Assembly (NCBI GenBank): GCA_035552595.1
Contig: DASZKZ010000021.1
Coordinates: 17,729 to 81,728, forward strand
Reading direction: 5' to 3'
Length of the DNA stretch: 64,000 nt
Source: Candidatus Dormiibacterota bacterium
GTDB lineage: Bacteria > Chloroflexota > Dormibacteria > Aeolococcales > Aeolococcaceae
The position numbers were made by a program, and so were the translations under genes. The notes beneath the pieces are model-generated. The model was not told the DNA's origin. It saw only the letters and a program-made list of their open reading frames with translations, and did not search any database. This document shows positions 58,322 to 64,000 of this stretch, piece after piece (the first letter of the stretch is position 1; each line of letters opens with the position of its first letter).

Positions 58322-59406
58322 CGGAGCGACGCCACCGCCAGCTCGAGGATGCGGGCGCCGCGGCGCAGGTCCTCGATCTCGATGAACTCATGCTGGGTGT
58401 GATCCAGTGTCGAGTCGCCGGGCCCGTAGACGGCCGCGGGACAGCCCCAGGCCGGCAACACCACGTTGAGGTCGGACGTGCCCGTCTTGGTGGTGTAGCG
58501 GGCCGCGCCGCCCTGCGCCGCCACCGCCCGGACCAGCGCCCGGCACACCGGGTTGCTGCGCGACACCGCGACCGCTGGACAGGCGGATTCGATGACCAGC
58601 TCGGCACCGGCGCAGGCTCGCGGGAGCAGCCCGAGGACCCGCTCGACAGGGACGGTGGCGGGGAGGCGCACCTCCACCTGCGCGGCGGCGCGCTCGACCC
58701 CGCCGTCGCTGTCGCCGGAGAGCCGGTTGACGCGCATCTGCAGCTGATCGACCGCGCGCTCCCCGGTGCGGCCGCCGCTCTCGACGCCCAGCTCCTCGAG
58801 CCGACGGCGCAGGTCGGCGAGCATCGCCACCAGCCGGTCGCCGGCGCTGGGACGCGGCAGGGCGTGGTGGGCCGTCTCCTGCTCCAGAGCGATGCGCAGA
58901 CGCACGCAGCCGCGATAGCCGACGGTGATGGCGTCCCAGCCGCTGGGCTCGAGGACGATGAGATGCGCGGCCGGCGCGGTCCTGCTCAGGGCGGCCGCGC
59001 ACCCCGAGGCGCCCTCCTCGTCGACGGCGGCGACCAGGGTCACCCGTGGTCCCTCCCGCGGCAGTCGTGACACCCCTGCCAGCGCCGCCGCCAGCGGCCC
59101 CTTGGCGTCGACGGTGCCGCGCCCGTGCAACCGTGCGCCCGCCAGGCGCACAGGGGGGCCGCCCGGGACGGTGTCGAGGTGCCCGAGCAGCACCACCGCG
59201 CCCGCGATCGGCGGCCCGGCGTCGCCCCAGGTCATCACCACGCTGCCGGCGAGGTCGGTGCCGGTGGCGAATCCGGCGTCGTGCGCCAGGCCCGCCAGCG
59301 CCTCTGCCGCCGCCTCCACGGACCCGGTGGGAGAGGGATGGCGCAGCAATTCCTCGAGGAGTGCTGCGGGGTCCAGCGCCACCGCGCCGCTGACAGGCAC
59401 GCTCAC
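58318..59406 (-). CDS. lysK: [LysW]-lysine hydrolase (M20/ArgE family)
   Basis: Distal part of track ORF 58318..60129(-). The GTG start overlaps the lysX stop (GTGA). LLGHLDTV and HGRGTVDAKG are present. Confidence 0.75.
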   Translation of the reverse strand: MSVPVSGAVALDPAALLEELLRHPSPTGSVEAAAEALAGLAHDAGFATGTDLAGSVVMTWGDAGPPIAGAVVLLGHLDTVPGGPPVRLAGARLHGRGTVDAKGPLAAALAGVSRLPREGPRVTLVAAVDEEGASGCAAALSRTAPAAHLIVLEPSGWDAITVGYRGCVRLRIALEQETAHHALPRPSAGDRLVAMLADLRRRLEELGVESGGRTGERAVDQLQMRVNRLSGDSDGGVERAAAQVEVRLPATVPVERVLGLLPRACAGAELVIESACPAVAVSRSNPVCRALVRAVAAQGGAARYTTKTGTSDLNVVLPAWGCPAAVYGPGDSTLDHTQHEFIEIEDLRRGARILELAVASLR

Positions 59407-60254
59407 GCGCTCACCGCGACAGGGGCGGCTCGCCCCACCGAGTGGAGCGCGTGGTCGACGATGCGCGCGGCGATGTCGACCCCGGTGACCGAGATCGAGT
59501 TGCGGAACTCCATGCTGTGATTGACCTCGCTGACCAGCAGGCGATCGCCGTCCTCGAGCAGGTCCACCGCGAGAACCCCGCCACCGACGGCGCCTGCGGC
59601 GCGCAGGGCGAGGTCGGCGAGCGCCGAGGTCACCGCGCGGTTCGAGGCCACCGCCCCGCGGGCGGTGTTGGTGACCCAATGCTCGGAGCTGCGCTCGATG
59701 GCGCAGACCACCTCGCCGCCGACCACGAAGGCACGGATGTCGCGGCCCGGCTTGGCGATGTGCTCCTGAACGTAGTACACGTGGTGCGCGACCGACCCCA
59801 GCGTCGCCTTGTGGTCGAGCACCGCCTCGGCGGCGTCGCGGTCGTTGACCCGGGCCAGCAGCCGGCCCCACGAGCCCACCGGCGGCTTGATCACGGCCGG
59901 GTATCCGAGCTCCTCGACCGCGCGCAGCGCGCCGTCGGGCGAGAAGGCCACCAGCGTGCGGGGCTGCGCCACCCCGGCGGCCGCCAGCAGGGAGCTCGTC
60001 GACACCTTGTCGGCACAGGCCGTGACCACGTCCGCCGAATTGACGGTGATGACGCCACGGCCGGCGAGGAGACGGAGCGCGGCGATGGCGTGAGAGGCCT
60101 GCAGGCAGCGGTCGAGAACCAGGTCCCACCGCGAGGTCCAGGTGGCCACGTCGAGCACCAGGCGGCGAACGTCGACCAGCTCGACGTCGACATCGCGCGC
60201 CGCGAAGGCGTTGACGAGCAGCTTCTCCTCGACGCGCATGCGCGAGACGAGCAT
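59403..60254 (-). CDS. lysX: [LysW]--alpha-aminoadipate ligase (RimK-type ATP-grasp)
   Basis: Start set at ATG (MLVSRMRVEEKLLVNAF), 14 nt after the lysW stop. ATP-grasp core (YPAVIKPPVGSWGRL, VQEHI). Confidence 0.8.
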   Translation of the reverse strand: MLVSRMRVEEKLLVNAFAARDVDVELVDVRRLVLDVATWTSRWDLVLDRCLQASHAIAALRLLAGRGVITVNSADVVTACADKVSTSSLLAAAGVAQPRTLVAFSPDGALRAVEELGYPAVIKPPVGSWGRLLARVNDRDAAEAVLDHKATLGSVAHHVYYVQEHIAKPGRDIRAFVVGGEVVCAIERSSEHWVTNTARGAVASNRAVTSALADLALRAAGAVGGGVLAVDLLEDGDRLLVSEVNHSMEFRNSISVTGVDIAARIVDHALHSVGRAAPVAVSA

Positions 60255-60267
60255 GCCGACGCGCGGC

Positions 60268-60435
60268 TCACTCACCCCAATCCTCCTCCTCGGGAGGCGC
60301 AAGCACCACCAGCGCCGGCTGCAACGAGGTCACCTCCAGCTCGGCGCCGCAGTCCGCGCAGGGCACCACCTCTCCGATCACGGTCGCGCTCTCGAACGCC
60401 ACCGCGGCCTCGCACTCCGGGCAGATCGCGGTCAT
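60268..60435 (-). CDS. lysW: amino-group carrier protein LysW
   Basis: 55 aa: MTAICPECEAAV...PCADCGAELEV...PPEEEDWGE, that is a zinc ribbon plus the diagnostic acidic EDWGE C-terminus. Its ATG overlaps the hacB stop (ATGA). Confidence 0.85.
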   Translation of the reverse strand: MTAICPECEAAVAFESATVIGEVVPCADCGAELEVTSLQPALVVLAPPEEEDWGE

Positions 60436-60932
60436 GCCCGCATCTCCTCGACGGCCGCCCATCCCTGGGTCCGGATCAGCTCCACCAGTGACCCCGCCTG
60501 CGCGATCCGCAGAGCCAGCGCCGAGGGCGCCTCGCCCTCGAACGTCCGGCCGCCGGAATGGATCAGCCCGCGCTCGACGTCGACGGAGAGCTCGTCGCCG
60601 TCGGTGATGGCCGCCGCGGCCTCGGGGCAGCGGATCACCGGCAGGCCGATGTTGACGGCGTTGCGGGCGAAGATCCGGCTGAAGCTGGCCGCAACCACAG
60701 CGGCCACGCCGGAAGCGCGAATGCTCAGCGGCGCGTGCTCGCGCGATGAGCCGCATCCGAAGTTCCGTCCCGCGACGAGCACGTCGCCGGGCCGCACGCC
60801 CACCGCGAAGTCGGGGCGGGCCTCGCAGAGGCAGGCGCGCGCCAGCGCCTCGGGGTCGGTGGTGAGGTTGTAGCGACCCGGCATGATGGTGTCGGTGGAG
60901 ACCCCGTCTCCCAGCTTCCAGGCTCGTCCCAT
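60432..60932 (-). CDS. hacB: homoaconitase small subunit (LeuD-like)
   Basis: Distal 166 aa of track ORF 60432..61595(-). TDTIMPGRY and GRNFGCGSSREHAP are present. Confidence 0.8.
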   Translation of the reverse strand: MGRAWKLGDGVSTDTIMPGRYNLTTDPEALARACLCEARPDFAVGVRPGDVLVAGRNFGCGSSREHAPLSIRASGVAAVVAASFSRIFARNAVNIGLPVIRCPEAAAAITDGDELSVDVERGLIHSGGRTFEGEAPSALALRIAQAGSLVELIRTQGWAAVEEMRA

Positions 60933-62167
60933 CAGTGCGCCCTCCGTGGATCGGCGATCCGGCCCGCCACCGCGCTGGCCGCCGCCACCGCCGGGCTGGT
61001 GAGATAGATCTCGGCGTCGGGGCTGCCCATGCGCCCCGGGTAGTTGCGGTTGCTGGTGGAGACCACCCGCTCGCCGGCGGCGACGACACCGTGCTGACGC
61101 CCCAGGCACGGCCCGCAGCCGGGATTCATGACCAGGGCGCCGGCCTCGACGATGGTCTCGATCCAACCGCGCCGCAGCGCCTCCATGTAGATCCGCCGCG
61201 AGGCGGGGACGACGACGGTGCGCGTCTGGGGGTGCACCTGGCGGCCGGCGAGGTGGGCGGCGACGATCTCCATGTCCTCGAGCCGGCCGTTGGTGCAGCT
61301 GCCGATGAACACCTCGTCGATGCGCGTGCCCGCCATCTCGGTGACGCCGCGGACCTGGTCGGCAGCGGGCGGCACGGCCACCTGGGGCTCGAGAGCGCTG
61401 ACGTCGATGTGCAGCACCTCCGTGTAGCGCGGGTTGCGCAGGCGGGGCACCTCGGTGCCCTCCCCCGGGCGTGCTGCCGCGAGCGTGACCTCGTCGACCT
61501 CGCACAGGCCTGCCTTGCCGCCCATGTCGGCGCTGAGGTTGGCGAGCGTCAGCCGCTGGTCGAGCGACATGGCTCGCACCGTCTCGCCGCCCCACTCGAC
61601 CGCCAGGTAGTCGGCGCCGTCGGCGCCGATGCGGCCGAGCACGTGGAGGGCGATGTCCTTGGCGGTCAGCGGTGCGGTCAGCGTCCCGCTGAGCTCGATG
61701 CGGAGCGTCTCCGGCACCCGGAACCAGGTGCGCCCGGTGGCCAGGACGACTCCCACATCGGTGCTGCCCATGCCGGCCGAGAAGCAGCCCAGCGCGCCGT
61801 ACGTGGTGCTGTGCGAGTCGGCACCGACGACGATGCCCCCGGGCCTCGCGAAGCCCTTCTCGACCATGACGATGTGGCAGATGCCCTCGGCGAACAGGTT
61901 GCGCACCCGGTGATCGGCCGCGAAACGGCGGACGCGCTGATGGAGCTCCGCCGCGGCCACCGTGGCAGCGGGCATGACGTGATCGAACACGAGCACCACA
62001 TGCTCGGGGTCGTGCAGCGGCATCTCCATGCGTTCAAAGGCCTCGATGGCCAGGGGGGCGGTGACGTCGTGCGCCATGGCGCAGTCCACCGGAGCCACCA
62101 CCGTGTCGCCGGCGGTGACGGTGCGACCGAGCCGGCCGCCGATGATCTCTTCGACAAGCGTGCCCAT
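60932..62167 (-). CDS. hacA: homoaconitase large subunit (LeuC-like)
   Basis: DCAMAHDVT, GADSHSTTYGALG, GSCTNGRLED, NRNYPGRMG. Confidence 0.85.
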   Translation of the reverse strand: MGTLVEEIIGGRLGRTVTAGDTVVAPVDCAMAHDVTAPLAIEAFERMEMPLHDPEHVVLVFDHVMPAATVAAAELHQRVRRFAADHRVRNLFAEGICHIVMVEKGFARPGGIVVGADSHSTTYGALGCFSAGMGSTDVGVVLATGRTWFRVPETLRIELSGTLTAPLTAKDIALHVLGRIGADGADYLAVEWGGETVRAMSLDQRLTLANLSADMGGKAGLCEVDEVTLAAARPGEGTEVPRLRNPRYTEVLHIDVSALEPQVAVPPAADQVRGVTEMAGTRIDEVFIGSCTNGRLEDMEIVAAHLAGRQVHPQTRTVVVPASRRIYMEALRRGWIETIVEAGALVMNPGCGPCLGRQHGVVAAGERVVSTSNRNYPGRMGSPDAEIYLTSPAVAAASAVAGRIADPRRAH

Positions 62168-62170
62168 GGT

Positions 62171-63298
62171 TCAGACCTCCGCGGTGGCGCGCAGCAGGGC
62201 ATCGACGTCCTCGTCGCGGAGGACGCGCTCGGTCGCCTGCAGCTTCACCTCCGCCGTGGCGCGCCGCAACCAGGCGTCGTCACCGACGATCCCGAGCACG
62301 GTGGCGCGGTGGCGCAGCGCGTGCCGCCCCACCAGCGGGTGGTTGACGAGCAGGCGCCGCTCGATGCCGAACTGCTCGGGCGCGAAGGCCTCGTACGAGC
62401 GCGGGTTCCCGAGCACCGCCTTGGTGTGCATGCCCGCCTTGTGGTGGAAGGCAAAGGGGGCTGTGATCGGGGCGGTGAACGGGATGTCCACCCCCAGCAT
62501 GGCGGCGACCATGCCGTCGAGCGCCGCCAGCCGGTCGAGCCGGTAGCCGTCCAGCAGGTCGGGCTGGACGGTGAGGACGCGAGCCACCAGCGAGGAGAGC
62601 GGGACGATGCCGTTGCGCTCCCCGATGCCGAGCACGGTGGTGTCGATGTGGGTGGCGCCCGCCTCCAGCGCCGCCAGCGCGTTGGCGACGGCGCAGCCGG
62701 TGTCGTTGTGGGCGTGGAACTCGATGTCGCAGCTCACCGCGGCACGCAGCCGGCCCACCAGGTCGCTGACGTCGGCGGGGGTGGCGACGCCGACGGTGTC
62801 GGCGAGGCCGACGCGGTCGACACCGAGCGCGGCGATGGCGCGGTGGATGCGGAGGAGGTCGTCGGCGTCGGTGCGGAAGGAGTCCTCGCAGCTGAAGCGC
62901 ACCTCCAGCCCGGCATTGCGAACCAGCTCGATGCATTCGGCAGCGGCCTCGATGATCTCGTCGAGGTCGAGGCCGTGCGAATGGGTCCGCAGCCACGCCG
63001 AGGTGCCGAAGAGGAGGTCGACGCCGCCCACGCCGCAGTCGATGGCCAGGCGCACGTCCGCGGCCACGCAGCGTGTGTGGGTGAGCACCGTGGCGCGCAG
63101 CGGGAGCGCGGCGATCTGGCGGCACGATCGCTCCGCCGCCGCCGAGGCGATCGGGGTGGTCACCTCGATGTACTCGACCCCGAAATCGTCGAGGCCGTGC
63201 GCGATGGCGTGTCGGTGAGCGGCGGTGAAGCGGCTCAGGGCGAACTGCTCGCCCTCTCGAAGGGTGGAGTCGATGATGGACAGACGGGAGATTGGCAT
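62171..63298 (-). CDS. hcs: homocitrate synthase
   Basis: Start set at ATG (MPISRLSIIDSTLREGEQ). HAHNDTGCAVANALAAL is present. First gene of the LysW-pathway operon. Confidence 0.85.
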   Translation of the reverse strand: MPISRLSIIDSTLREGEQFALSRFTAAHRHAIAHGLDDFGVEYIEVTTPIASAAAERSCRQIAALPLRATVLTHTRCVAADVRLAIDCGVGGVDLLFGTSAWLRTHSHGLDLDEIIEAAAECIELVRNAGLEVRFSCEDSFRTDADDLLRIHRAIAALGVDRVGLADTVGVATPADVSDLVGRLRAAVSCDIEFHAHNDTGCAVANALAALEAGATHIDTTVLGIGERNGIVPLSSLVARVLTVQPDLLDGYRLDRLAALDGMVAAMLGVDIPFTAPITAPFAFHHKAGMHTKAVLGNPRSYEAFAPEQFGIERRLLVNHPLVGRHALRHRATVLGIVGDDAWLRRATAEVKLQATERVLRDEDVDALLRATAEV

Positions 63299-63325
63299 GG
63301 AGTGGTGTCCCGGTGATGTGAGTGG

Positions 63326-63362
63326 CAAAAACGAAGAGGACCCCCGCGGGGGTCCTCTTCGT
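63326..63362 (-). terminator. intrinsic terminator/attenuator hairpin inside the lys-operon leader
   Basis: Minus-sense ACGAAGAGGACCCC-CGCG-GGGGTCCTCTTCGT followed by TTTTG (14-bp perfect stem, T5 run). It ends 27 nt upstream of the hcs ATG. Confidence 0.65.
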
Positions 63363-63490
63363 GCTCGGTGTCGCGGCGGCGCCGGTTTAGCGCGCAGCGT
63401 TCTCGCAGGGCACGTTCGGTTTCCCGGCGGGGAACGAGCATGCCGTGGATTTGAGGGTGGCGAGGCGCGACACGTGCATCACAGTGGCGC

Positions 63491-63520
63491 AGCCTAGGGG
63501 ACGAAGGGCGATCGAGTCAA
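63491..63520 (-). promoter_or_regulatory. putative lys-operon promoter TTGACT-N18-TAGGCT
   Basis: Seen on the minus strand: TTGACT (63520..63515), an 18-nt spacer, TAGGCT (63496..63491). It lies between the GNAT stop and the leader hairpin. Confidence 0.35.
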
Positions 63521-63563
63521 CATCACGATCGATGGGGGAGGTCCGTGTCCGGCGCGGAGATGC

Positions 63564-64000
63564 CTACGCGGTGGGCCTGGCGGGGGCCGCCACCCAGCAG
63601 CGCCAGCCCTCCACGGTGCGGAATCCCAGGCGCTCGTACACGGCGAACCCGGCGCGACTGCTCTGCAACCAGGCCCACGTGGCGCCCGCCGCGAGGCCGT
63701 CAGACACGGCACGGGCGGTGACCGCCGCGCCGTAGCCGTGCCGGCGATGAGCTGGCGGGGTGGCGATGTTGAAGATCCCCACCGAACCTCCCAGGGTCAC
63801 CCCCAGCCCCGTGGTCACAGGCACGCTGTCGACCTCACCCATGTAGCACCGCACTCCCGAGGCGGCGACCAGGGTCGGCGTCATCAGTTGCAGGAATGGC
63901 CCCGCCGGCGCCTCGAAGCCCCTGGCCGCCACCGTGGCATGGAGGTGCGACTCATCGGGCTCCAACTCCCTGATGACCAGCCCGTCCAGAGCGGTGGCGG
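63564..64000 (-). CDS. GNAT-family N-acetyltransferase (5' end outside window)
   Basis: The reading frame stays open to the window edge. The acetyl-CoA motif IATPPAHRRHGYGAAVT is present. Confidence 0.7.
   Translation of the reverse strand, partial: ATALDGLVIRELEPDESHLHATVAARGFEAPAGPFLQLMTPTLVAASGVRCYMGEVDSVPVTTGLGVTLGGSVGIFNIATPPAHRRHGYGAAVTARAVSDGLAAGATWAWLQSSRAGFAVYERLGFRTVEGWRCWVAAPARPTA

Noticed and set aside
60935-63316. 793-aa plus-strand ORF covering hacA and hcs
   Set aside because: It is antisense to two strongly conserved lysine-pathway genes. Composition is dominated by G/A/D/R/H/V repeats with no recognisable domain, so it is a GC artefact.
63235-63441. 68-aa ORF (MLVPRRETERALRERCALNRRRRD...) as a leader peptide of the lys operon
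   Set aside because: It reads through the terminator and 64 nt into hcs, which is atypical for an attenuation leader peptide. Arg runs are also the commonest product of off-frame GC-rich sequence. It is kept only as a remark inside the leader finding.
63368-63473. 8-nt complementary pair (GUGUCGCG at 63473..63466 and CGCGACAC at 63375..63368, minus sense) as a riboswitch-like P1 helix enclosing the leader
   Set aside because: One 8-nt GC-rich complement within about 265 nt is expected by chance about as often as not. No known aptamer core was recognised inside it.
63299-63563. L-box lysine riboswitch or T-box in the lys leader
   Set aside because: I could not find the conserved L-box core strings or a T-box sequence on the coding strand. 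A GAGGCGCGA-like string occurs only on the wrong strand. A proper Rfam scan is still needed.

Overview
This is a very GC-rich bacterial chromosomal segment (by eye about 70% GC or more; not computed). It is densely packed with housekeeping operons, and many genes are linked by 1-4 nt stop/start overlaps (GTGA, ATGA, TGATG). I saw no mobile elements, CRISPR arrays, tRNA or rRNA genes. In order, the window holds: (1) a proteostasis and Nudix block (NrtR-like regulator, HtrA, PLD-like protein, Lon, MBL hydrolase, CoA-pyrophosphatase-like Nudix). (2) An orphan trpD, a COG1579 zinc-ribbon protein and rnhA. (3) A minus-strand redox block with pntAA-pntAB-pntB followed by a translationally coupled operon of a GltD-like Fe-S flavoprotein, korA and korB. 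(4) A type-A RNase P RNA that the ORF track hides under a spurious ORF extension. (5) A large but non-canonical dcw cluster: mraZ-rsmH-ftsL-ftsI-mraY-murD-ftsW-murG-murC/mpl-like-murB-ddl-alpha/beta hydrolase-membrane-anchored MurF-like ligase-ftsQ, then metF and a quinone-oxidoreductase-like gene inserted, then ftsA-ftsZ-nrdR-yggS. (6) lspA-rluD-gmk-coaC/coaB-priA-def-fmt. (7) Miscellaneous genes (ADH, DinB-like, smpB, GT87-like, hflX, SDR, bcp, rarD). (8) A LysW-dependent alpha-aminoadipate lysine operon (hcs-hacA-hacB-lysW-lysX-lysK-lysY-lysZ) preceded by a leader carrying a strong intrinsic terminator. FtsA, LysW-type lysine synthesis and extreme GC together suggest a Terrabacteria lineage such as Chloroflexota, Dormibacterota or deep Actinomycetota, but this cannot be decided from the sequence alone. 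The observations most worth follow-up are the terminator-containing lys leader, the MurF-like ligase with a transmembrane N-terminus in a dcw cluster that lacks murE and murF at their usual slot, and the Fe-S flavoprotein coupled to KorAB. Most long ORFs antisense to these genes are GC artefacts.
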